64,000 nucleotides of DNA from a virus, in IMG/VR virus record IMGVR_UViG_3300033148_002693, positions 1 through 64,000 of that record. One strand, 5' to 3'. A program made the translations under genes and the position numbers. The notes under the pieces are model-generated. The model did no database searches and was not told the origin of the DNA. It saw nothing but the letters and a program-made list of their open reading frames with translations. This document shows positions 37,756 to 46,700 of this stretch, piece by piece (position 1 is the first letter of the stretch; every line of letters starts with the position of its first letter).

Positions 37756-38667
37756 ATGGCTTGTAAAGATTACTTGACGGTTGACCAATTGAAAGCGATG
37801 CCAGGGTATGATCCTGGTACAGCTACAGATGCGGGGCTTGCGTTTTTGATAATGGCTGCAAGTGATTGGATTGATAAAGAGATTCTGGGACACACGTACA
37901 ATCGCGCCATTCGCATCTATGAGGACAACGACGATTCAACTGCGGCAACCGTTCAGGTAACTTCTACATCAGTCATCGTCGTAATAACTGGCGGGGCGAA
38001 CGCAGGGACATACCCGTATACGTTTGCAGATTATGATGAGCTTGCCGATCTGGTAGCGGCGATGAACGAGAACAATGTTCATGCTACGCTTCTGGGCGAG
38101 GGGTTCACTGATTGGATGTCAAGCCAGCCATCTACTAACTTGGCGGTGGCGGCAACTCAGTCGATCCATAACATAGAGAATTGGAAGGTTCTCTGCTTGA
38201 CTCAGTTGACAATGACTCTAAGTGGCGGTGGCGATCCATATCTGTTCTTGCCGTTAAAGATTAGGACGGTGAACGGAGTTAACGTTGAAGGAACAGACCT
38301 TACGGCTGGCGATGACTATTACATTAAGAAGGGCGGCTATCTCATCAAGCGCGGGTGCAGGGGGTACTCCGATATTCTGGGGGTATGCTCTACAACTGCG
38401 TGTATATGTCATAAGCCTGGGTGTTGGGCGTGTGCATATCCTTGTAATGTTGTGGTGAGCTTCATCCCGTTGGTATGGACGCCGCAATATCATTTGTTGG
38501 CATCGGCGATAACTCAGTTCATCGCCAACTTTACTGTTTCTGGCGGATTCGTGTCAGAGAGAATCGGGCGGTATAGCTATAAACTGGGAGAAGATTCGTT
38601 CACGATGATGGGTATCTTGCTATCGCCATTGCAGGGTGAGGGGTTGGCGATGTACGCCTTCCCGTGA
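37756..38667 (+). CDS. Head-tail adaptor (gp6/gp15-like) with insertions, Cys-rich
   Basis: YLT...LK...LI.AAS.WID start and SERIGRYSY end. Confidence 0.7.
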   Translation: MACKDYLTVDQLKAMPGYDPGTATDAGLAFLIMAASDWIDKEILGHTYNRAIRIYEDNDDSTAATVQVTSTSVIVVITGGANAGTYPYTFADYDELADLVAAMNENNVHATLLGEGFTDWMSSQPSTNLAVAATQSIHNIENWKVLCLTQLTMTLSGGGDPYLFLPLKIRTVNGVNVEGTDLTAGDDYYIKKGGYLIKRGCRGYSDILGVCSTTACICHKPGCWACAYPCNVVVSFIPLVWTPQYHLLASAITQFIANFTVSGGFVSERIGRYSYKLGEDSFTMMGILLSPLQGEGLAMYAFP

Positions 38668-38719
38668 CCGCTCTCCCTAATAAGTCGGGGAGTTTCTACG
38701 GATTGGTTTAGGAGAAATT

Positions 38720-39073
38720 ATGGCATTTGATACGCTATTGGCACATACATGCTCAATATTAGAAAGGACACGTACAGGCACAGATGATTCGAACCAGCCT
38801 ATCTATACTTGGTCGGTTGTTCAGTCGTCTTGGGATTGCCGGTTTCAAAGGTTCTTGCGTGAAGAGGTTGAACAGTCATTGTCGCATACGACCATTCAGG
38901 CAGATTATCTTGTGTTCGGCAGAGAACCCAATGTTACGTTGAATGAGACTGACTACAGGCTGCGATGGAACGGTGATGACTACAAGATCGAGCGAGTTGA
39001 TCCAGAAACGGATTTCGGAGCAAAGCACCATATTGAAGTGTTCGTGTCTAAGATCAAGAAGAGGAATGTTTGA
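38720..39073 (+). CDS. Head closure/stopper protein
   Basis: 117 aa; D..NQP...W, Y.I..V......HH.EV pattern; synteny. Confidence 0.7.
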   Translation: MAFDTLLAHTCSILERTRTGTDDSNQPIYTWSVVQSSWDCRFQRFLREEVEQSLSHTTIQADYLVFGREPNVTLNETDYRLRWNGDDYKIERVDPETDFGAKHHIEVFVSKIKKRNV

Positions 39074-39609
39074 TGACTAAAATGAAGATGCGAACCGTAC
39101 AAGTAGGCAGTTGGAACAAGGGTGTTTCGCCCTGGGGATTTGACATTACCATCAAAGAGGGCACTGATATGGGTGGAGTGTTTACGGCGGTCTGGAAAAC
39201 TGGCGATGCGTTTTGCAAAGTATATGCCAGATTGACGGCTGACCAGATGAAGTTGAGCGTTTGGCCTGGTAAAGGGCCTGGGCCACATCCACACAGGACT
39301 TCACACGAAGACACTGGATGGGCGTTCAAGTCGATAACGATTCGTAGGAGAAAACACGGTGTGTCTGGTCCTAGTCCTGGCTGGTTCGCTGGTGTCTTTT
39401 CGGATAGAAGGGTAGGAAAACCTGGCGGCAGAGCGAAGCGAGGGGCGACTCCTCCGTGGAAGTATTTATTCTTTTTGGAATTTGGCTGGACATCTAGAAG
39501 TGGTAAGAGGTACAGGTATCCCTGGGCGCAACCGGCGTATGCTTGGGCGGCCAAGAAGCGCGTGGGAAGAATCGCAGGCCCTAGCGGGCTGTTCATATCA
39601 TCGAGGTAA
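39070..39609 (+). CDS. Tail completion protein (HK97 gp10-like)
   Basis: Basic; DTG, Y..FLEFG...YPW..PA. Confidence 0.65.
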   Translation: MMTKMKMRTVQVGSWNKGVSPWGFDITIKEGTDMGGVFTAVWKTGDAFCKVYARLTADQMKLSVWPGKGPGPHPHRTSHEDTGWAFKSITIRRRKHGVSGPSPGWFAGVFSDRRVGKPGGRAKRGATPPWKYLFFLEFGWTSRSGKRYRYPWAQPAYAWAAKKRVGRIAGPSGLFISSR

Positions 39610-39612
39610 ATC

Positions 39613-40077
39613 ATGGGAACGATGTTGAAACCACACGAGGTTTTCTTGCATTGGCTAGAGAGTGACCCCGTGTTCATGGCGGAGATTCACGATCCTGTTA
39701 GTGGCGATGATCTGTTGTGGCATGGCGGGATACCAGATATATTGATGAGCAGTTGGATGAATGATGATCTCGTTCCGTTGAAGTGTGTCAATATTATTGT
39801 AGAGGCGGGTGACACAGATGTATACATTAAGTTTGACCGTCCTGTCTTTTTGGTAGAGTGTTATGGGCCAACACTATCACAAGCTTGGGACGTGTACAAT
39901 GTGTTGAGAGAGCGGAGCGAGCGGCAGTTCAACAATCAGGTGGCGGTTCCTGACGGCACGGCATATGTGTACAGGTTGCACATGATTTCTGGCGGCCAGG
40001 ACGTGATAGAACCAGAGCTACAATGGCCGAAGGTCATCAGCAGGTGGGAAATGATATTGTGGAGGGAGACGGTTTGA
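39613..40077 (+). CDS. Tail terminator protein
   Basis: Size and synteny; VECYG....A pattern. Confidence 0.6.
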   Translation: MGTMLKPHEVFLHWLESDPVFMAEIHDPVSGDDLLWHGGIPDILMSSWMNDDLVPLKCVNIIVEAGDTDVYIKFDRPVFLVECYGPTLSQAWDVYNVLRERSERQFNNQVAVPDGTAYVYRLHMISGGQDVIEPELQWPKVISRWEMILWRETV

Positions 40078-40919
40078 AAATCGGCTGGGTGAACGACTAC
40101 GGCCCAGGAGAACATCCTGGGGGGAGTTTGACAACACAGATTCAGGCCGTGAAATCTATGCCCTGTGAGCATGAGATTGTTTGGTGTCTGCCAGGGAAGA
40201 TGTATGATGATTGTGATTTGTACGTGGTGAACAATCACATGCGATTCGATGAAAACGAATTGGCGTTCGTCGCTGATTCTCAACATGTATACTGGTCTCA
40301 CGATGTGACCCCTGGACCACACAAATTGAAGGAGATATTGAACAATTCTAAGCGGGTCGTATTCTTATCAGCTCTGCATAAAGATGTGTTCATGTGGATG
40401 TTTGGAAAGATCGGCAAGAGGCGAACAAGGTTGATCCCTGCTATGGTCAATCCGATTCCATTCATGGGATTAGAACCAATACAAGATAGAGAGGCTTTGT
40501 GGGTTGGTACGTATGAAAGGCATAGGGGTGTCAGGTCTGCAATGGAGTGGGCTGAGGAGAACGAAACAGAAGTAGACTTCTACGGATTGGGGAGACCATT
40601 TAGCTATCTCAGGAACAGCGAGTATTGTCATATCAAGAATCCTGTTCCAGTAGTGGAAATACCGAAACTTATGGCCCATTACAAAAAGTTGGTGATATTC
40701 CCATTAGAGATTGATGGGCATGATGGATTGCCGGTATATTGTGAGGCTTGTAGTCGTGTGGCAATTGAAGCGGCCATGGCTGGCTGTGAAGTAATTCATA
40801 ATGATAGATTGGGGGTAGCGTCTTGGGAATGGTTCAGAGCTGGGAGAAAAGCAACGTTACGAGCGATGGCGAATGCTCCAAGAAATTTCTGGTATATGAT
40901 CGAGGCTGTCAATGATTAA
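40074..40919 (+). CDS. Glycosyltransferase, GT4-like
   Basis: GG..T, HD, FLS..H, EACSRVAIEAAMAGC; TTG start after GGAGGGAG. Confidence 0.75.
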   Translation: MKIGWVNDYGPGEHPGGSLTTQIQAVKSMPCEHEIVWCLPGKMYDDCDLYVVNNHMRFDENELAFVADSQHVYWSHDVTPGPHKLKEILNNSKRVVFLSALHKDVFMWMFGKIGKRRTRLIPAMVNPIPFMGLEPIQDREALWVGTYERHRGVRSAMEWAEENETEVDFYGLGRPFSYLRNSEYCHIKNPVPVVEIPKLMAHYKKLVIFPLEIDGHDGLPVYCEACSRVAIEAAMAGCEVIHNDRLGVASWEWFRAGRKATLRAMANAPRNFWYMIEAVND

Positions 40920-41934
40920 AATCATGAGCATACCCATAGCAGATGAGGATAGCTATGGATATGGGGTTGTTACAAAAGAAATCAGAAATGGATTGAATCT
41001 TGCCGGCGCAAACATGCTTGGCTTGAGGGATTGGAATTGGGATTGGAGAATGATAATCTCAACTCCGGTTTCGTGGCCCGTGCCAGAAGATAGAATCTAT
41101 CACGATTTAGTTTGGCATACAATGTTCGATACAGATTTGCTCCCGCAGGTATGGGTTGACATTTTGAACAGGGTAGGGTTGATATGGGTTCCATCCCAAT
41201 GGTGCAAAGAAGTATTCGAGTTCTCTGGTGTAGAGAGACCAATCATGGTTGCGGGATACGGCGTCGATCCAGAGATGTTCGATTATGCGCCACGTGGATG
41301 GACTGACGATGAGGATGATGTTTTCCAAAACGATAAGTACACCTTCCTGACTGTCTGTGGAGCATACGGCGATAGGAAAAACGAGAGGTTGATACGGAGG
41401 GCGTTCTACGATCTTAACCTGCCAGATGCAAGACTGGTGATCAAAATGCGCTCCGACCAGATAGTGAAAAGCACTACCGTTTCCAACAAGGGAGTGACCT
41501 TCATTGCTCGAAAGATGAGCAGAGAGGAGTACGCAACCTTGCTGGCAAGGGCAGATTGCTTTGTGAACGTGTCAAGCGGGGAAGGATTCTCACTGACACC
41601 TTTGGAGGCCATGGCGACGGGACTGCCCGCAATCGTCTTAGATTGGGGCGGCCCGCGTGATTACATAGATGATTGCAAGGCTCTTCCGGTAGCAGTAAAA
41701 CGGCTGGTCTGGGCTGAGCAATACAATCGAGCATTCAACTGCGAGGGGCGGTGGGCTGAACCTGATAAAGAATCCTTGATGCACTGGATGCGCTGGTGCT
41801 ACGAGAATCGCGATGCTGCTGCAAAGCGAGGTCGAGAAGCAAACCGCGTCATCATGGACCGGTATACCTGGGAAACTACGATGGGTAAAGCCGTTAAACT
41901 GCTCACTCACCACTTGGAGGTAAGAGAAAAATGA
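40912..41934 (+). CDS. Glycosyltransferase, GT4
   Basis: GYG, WVPS.W, GVD, DRKN, GEGFSLTPLEAMATGLP, W.EPD. Confidence 0.88.
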   Translation: MIKIMSIPIADEDSYGYGVVTKEIRNGLNLAGANMLGLRDWNWDWRMIISTPVSWPVPEDRIYHDLVWHTMFDTDLLPQVWVDILNRVGLIWVPSQWCKEVFEFSGVERPIMVAGYGVDPEMFDYAPRGWTDDEDDVFQNDKYTFLTVCGAYGDRKNERLIRRAFYDLNLPDARLVIKMRSDQIVKSTTVSNKGVTFIARKMSREEYATLLARADCFVNVSSGEGFSLTPLEAMATGLPAIVLDWGGPRDYIDDCKALPVAVKRLVWAEQYNRAFNCEGRWAEPDKESLMHWMRWCYENRDAAAKRGREANRVIMDRYTWETTMGKAVKLLTHHLEVREK

Positions 41935-42455
41935 GTCTATCGGCAAATACTCCCGGACGGGTAATATTCCAGGCCGGGACAGTCACTATCGGCGCTGTTG
42001 ATGTTGGGGCGACAATGGAAGGCAATGTTTTCCGCTGGGAGATGGATACGGCCCAGCCGCACTTTCATGGTGCTCGCGGCCCTGTGACCGAACTCATGTT
42101 CGTCTACAGGTTCGTGGCGTATCTGGAAGTGGTCGTTGCTGAACTCGTCGGTTCCAACTTCGCCCATGCGTTCCCTGGTCTGGATTTGGTCTCAGATGTT
42201 AGTTCTGAGACGATTTCTGGTTGGGACGTCGGGTGTCTGGACAGCGCCGATTATGCTGACGTCGTTCTGACTGTTACGAAGTGCACCGGATTCACTCAAG
42301 TCTTGACACTCTACGACGCCATTGTAGTTGAGGCGTCTGAGATCACGTTCCATGACGAGGGTGATCCTGCTCGGATGCGACTGGTGTTCATGGCAACTTA
42401 TGACCCAGCCGACCCCGACCGTGCTCCGTTCAGCATCGTGAACAACATAGCGTAG
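41931..42455 (+). CDS. Major tail tube protein
   Basis: 174 aa; G...IG..DVGAT..G pattern; followed by hairpin, chaperone-like genes and tape measure. Confidence 0.7.
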   Translation: MSLSANTPGRVIFQAGTVTIGAVDVGATMEGNVFRWEMDTAQPHFHGARGPVTELMFVYRFVAYLEVVVAELVGSNFAHAFPGLDLVSDVSSETISGWDVGCLDSADYADVVLTVTKCTGFTQVLTLYDAIVVEASEITFHDEGDPARMRLVFMATYDPADPDRAPFSIVNNIA

Positions 42456-42460
42456 TGGCT

Positions 42461-42492
42461 TTGGGGGAGGGGGGCTTCGGTTTCCCTCCCAA
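42461..42492 (+). terminator. Hairpin after the tail tube gene
   Basis: G-rich arm, CTTCGG loop, complementary TTTCCCTCCCAA arm. Confidence 0.55.
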
Positions 42493-42506
42493 CACAGAAA
42501 GGAGTA

Positions 42507-42992
42507 ATGATGGCTAAGAAATGGCAGGGAGAAGTTCTGAAAGCAGGCGACCCACGACTCGGTATGCCGGATGTAAAGATCGTCGAGGTCCCGATTGTTG
42601 AGAAGCGGTATCTGGCATTGGGGTACGATGATGAGGGAAATCAATTGTATCATCCCATGATTCAGATGAACGCCAATAATTACAAAGGGGTAATTGCTGC
42701 CTTTACGTTGTTGGCTGAGAATGTCGGTAATATTGATGAAGAAGATGAGACAGCCGGTCTCGATGCTGCAATAGCGGTCATCAATGCAGCTTATCCGACC
42801 GTAGGTGAGAAAGAGGTGAGAGGGCTTCACTTCGCTACGTTGCTTCCGCTTGCGTATGATGCGGTCAATGGGATCATGGAGCAGGGTGAAATTATCGAAT
42901 CCATGATGGAAGAACAGGGAGTGTCCTCCAAACTTGATGAAAGGGTCGCAAAGGCTATCGCAGGAGTAACCGTGAATGCCAATTCTAAGTAG
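42507..42992 (+). CDS. Tail assembly chaperone (putative)
   Basis: Position between tube and tape measure; acidic/helical. Confidence 0.55.
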   Translation: MMAKKWQGEVLKAGDPRLGMPDVKIVEVPIVEKRYLALGYDDEGNQLYHPMIQMNANNYKGVIAAFTLLAENVGNIDEEDETAGLDAAIAVINAAYPTVGEKEVRGLHFATLLPLAYDAVNGIMEQGEIIESMMEEQGVSSKLDERVAKAIAGVTVNANSK

Positions 42993-43788
42993 TGGCAAAG
43001 AAATAGAAGTAAAACAGCATAAAGCGCCTTCATCGACGTTCAATATTGATGATCTGAGCAATCTCGTCCCGAAGCAAAGGTATACGTCGATTGGGAAGGG
43101 TCGTGACGCCTCATATCATCCTATGGATAGGATAACGGTTGGGGTGTATCTTGAATTGCTGGCCTACTACGATGAGTTGATGAAGTGTATTGCTGAAGAT
43201 GCAAGTGACGACCAGAAAAGAACGCTCGTAGCAAACATACTTTGCTGTTCACATTCGACGATGGATTATTTGGAGGTGTTCGAACTACCGCTAAACGAGT
43301 CACTTCCAATGGTTTATCGGGTATTTGATTTGTTGTTGGCAAGCCGAATACCGGATGCTGGGAAGGGTGGGGTAGGGATGGCCCAGCCCTTCTCAGCAGA
43401 TTCAATAAAGTTCGGGCAGATAGTGGCCGACTTGGTAGCCGTTTATAGATTTCCACACAGTGATGTTATGGATATGGAAATAGGGTGGTTTTGGAACTAT
43501 GTGGCTAACACGCCTGCTGTGAGGGCGCAATGGAAACTCGATATGATTGATGCGATGATGATGGCCGTGATTCCCGCGTTCAGCGGTGATGAGAAAAAGG
43601 TTATTCAATCACATGTTAAATCACTGATGAGGATTGCGAATAGAAATAACATTAAATCTCATGACGATATTCAAGATAAAATGGAACAGGAACGCATGAC
43701 TGATTTAGATATTCAGGCATGGACACACCATCCGTTCATGGGGAAATTTATCAAGGTTCGTAGGCGGGGAGACCGCAAGGGGAACTGA
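42976..43788 (+). CDS. Tail assembly chaperone 2 (putative)
   Basis: Position; own CAGGAG RBS; V.DM...WF..Y pattern. Confidence 0.5.
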   Translation: MPILSSGKEIEVKQHKAPSSTFNIDDLSNLVPKQRYTSIGKGRDASYHPMDRITVGVYLELLAYYDELMKCIAEDASDDQKRTLVANILCCSHSTMDYLEVFELPLNESLPMVYRVFDLLLASRIPDAGKGGVGMAQPFSADSIKFGQIVADLVAVYRFPHSDVMDMEIGWFWNYVANTPAVRAQWKLDMIDAMMMAVIPAFSGDEKKVIQSHVKSLMRIANRNNIKSHDDIQDKMEQERMTDLDIQAWTHHPFMGKFIKVRRRGDRKGN

Positions 43789-43789
43789 T

Positions 43790-46700
43790 ATGTCTCCAGC
43801 CGGAATGCAACTCGGTGGAATCTACGCCGAAGTGGAAATGAAGGTAAATAAGTTCAAGGGACAACTCAACAAGAGTGTGTCCGATTTCAAGCACGCATCG
43901 AAGCAAATGGCTTCATCTGCAAAGAACTTTGGTGAGACGGCCGCATTGTCTGGAATATATGCGGCAGATGGCATTAAGAAATTTGGTGTCAGTGTTAGCG
44001 GTTTCATGAAGAAACATGGTGATGCAATAAAGAAATGGGCGAAGAGGGGAGTGGTTGCACTTACTGCGCTCATAGCATTATCAGTCAAGACTGCCGCGAC
44101 ATTCGACAAGGAAATGCGGAATGTCAATGCTATTGCTCAACTCAGCGAGGATCGATTCCAGAGTCTTCAGCAAAGGGTTGTCGATTTCTCCATGACAACT
44201 CGTGCATCGTCTGCCGATGTAGCCAAATCACTGTATAACGTTGTATCTGCTGGATTCGAGACTGAGAAAGCGTTCGTGGTCATGAGTCAAGCCTCTAGGG
44301 CTGCTGGTGCTGGATTGGCGAACGCCGAAGATGTATCTAGATTGCTTATCGCGACTTTGCGATCCTACAACTTGGAGGTTAAGGAGTCTGGATATATTAC
44401 AGATGTATTCCTCCAAGCAGTGAATCAAGGTATTACTACATTGCCTGAACTTGCTCAGGGATTGGGTCGTGTATTTCCGCTTGCGTCCAAGGTCGGAATC
44501 TCCTTCGAGGAGGTTGCCTTCTCGATTGCCCGCATGACTCAGACTGGTCTCTCCACTGACGAGGCAGTTACCCGGCTGATGGGTACAATCACTGGAATGA
44601 TCAAACCCACTGAGGCATTAGATGATGTGTTGGCAAGGTTGGGCGTCAAATCCGCCACTGAAGCGGTTGAAAAGTTTGGCGGCTTGAATGGAATTCTCAG
44701 AGAATTTAGGGAACGTGGTATAGAAAGTGCTGAATCAGTCAGCGAATTGTTTGGCAACATCAGGGGCATGACCGGCGTCATGGCGCTGATGGGCGATGAG
44801 ACGGCGATGACAGCCGGAGCGTTGGAGGAGTTCAAGAAGGCGTCCGAAGGGGCCGTTGAGAGGGCCAGGGAGCAGCAGTACAAATCCCTGTCGGCCCAGC
44901 TTGCAAGATTGAAATCAGCTTTTGAGGTCGTGCAGATCGAGATCGGCACGAAAGTCATTCCCAGCCTCGTCGATCTGATCAAGAAAGTGGTTCCGATAAT
45001 TCGCAAATTCTCTGAACTTGACGATAACACTGTTAAGTTGGGACTGGCTATTGCTGGCCTTGTAATAGTTTTAACGAGTGTAGCCACAGCCATAGGTTCT
45101 GTGTTGGCTGTATTGAGTCCGTGGGCGCTTGCTATTATCGCTGTTGTGGCTGCCATTGGTGGCGTTGTGGCGGCGATGAAAATCCAAGAAGATAAGTTGA
45201 AAAAACAGTCTGATGAATTATTCAAGGCCGCGTTGAAGTATAAAGATTATGTTGAAATGATGGAAGCGGCTGGCCTTGCAAATCGTACTGTGGCTGAAGA
45301 TATTTTTGATTTGCGCGTTGAGTTACAGAAACAGGGTTTTGCCTTGGAAGATGCCGCGATGAAAGCCCTGGAATATAATGAAATTATGGAAAGGGTTAGG
45401 CAGGCGGAGGAGGATTTGGCTAAGGGTGACACGATGGTACGCCCGATTGAGGCCAAAGAAGCTGCATTAGAAAAGGCAAATATGAGATTAGCTGAATTTG
45501 CATCAACTAATGAAACTGTCCTCAAATGGGTGAGAAAAACACATCCAGAAGTAGCTGAACTCGCAGATGAATTAATCCGTGTTGCCGATATGGCTGAGGC
45601 AGATGTTGAATACTTTGAAAGAATGGGTAAACAGCTTCAGCCGTTGCCGGAATCTTTTGATAAGGCAACTATGGCAATAGATAAGACTCGTATCGCAATG
45701 GAGAAACTTGTCGAAGCGGATCAAGCGTTTGAGGAGATTGTTGCTGCAGAACGGAAAGTAGTGGATGATGCCCGTGCATCCCTGGAACGTAAGCGTGATA
45801 TGCTTGAAGATGTTGAAGTTGGCCTGGATGAAGCAACCAGTGGGGCGTATGCTTGGATCAAGGCCAATGAGGAAGAGAAGAAAAAAGTAGATGATGCAAA
45901 GGAAGCTCTTGATAACAAGCGCAAGGCTTTGAACAATCTAGCTAGTTCTTTTCTGGATTTACGTGAGAAATTGAATGGTGTGATTCAGGGATACAAAGAT
46001 TTCCAGGCCGAGATGAAGGGCATAGAAGAAGGGAAGAAAAAGGATATTGGAAAAGAGCAAGAGGCCGCGGCAAAAAAACGGAAGGATCTTGAGAAACAAC
46101 TGACCAAAGACTTAGAAAAACTTGAGCAAGAGCGCGCTGATAAACTACATTGGGTGATGACTGGTGCTCATACTAGAAGTGCTGAGGAAAATGAAGCCGC
46201 ACTAAAATGGTGGAACGACATCTACGATCAAAAGGTGCAAGAGCTTCAAGGTACTTATGATGATGAATTAAAGATAGTCAATGCGGGAGAGGCCGCACAG
46301 ATAAAAGTTATTAAAGATTCTGCCCAACAACAAACTGATATTGCCAAAGATGCCCGCGAGAAACAACTTGAGGCGCAAAGGCAGGGTCTGGCTGATATGC
46401 TCACGCAAATGGCTCTCAGCATCATGGAGCAGCAGGGCGTTTTGGACGATTTCTTCGGCGGTCTCCCCGTCACTGCTGACGAGGCGTGGGCTTTGATAAG
46501 TTCCGGCATGAAGAAGGTCACGCCGGAGATGGCTGGGGCCATCCAGAAATTGTCCAGTATCCTGGTGGATGATTTCGGCGAGGGCATGACGACGGCGAAG
46601 GACAACTCTGAATTGTTGTATGATGCATTGAAGGAATTCTTCCCAGAACTCGTCAAAATGGCTGACGGTTCGGAAGAAGCCGCGGATGCGGTTAAGGACG

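Noticed and set aside
42960-43000. Programmed frameshift between tail chaperones
   Set aside because: No clear slippery heptamer; the second ORF has its own RBS and ATG.
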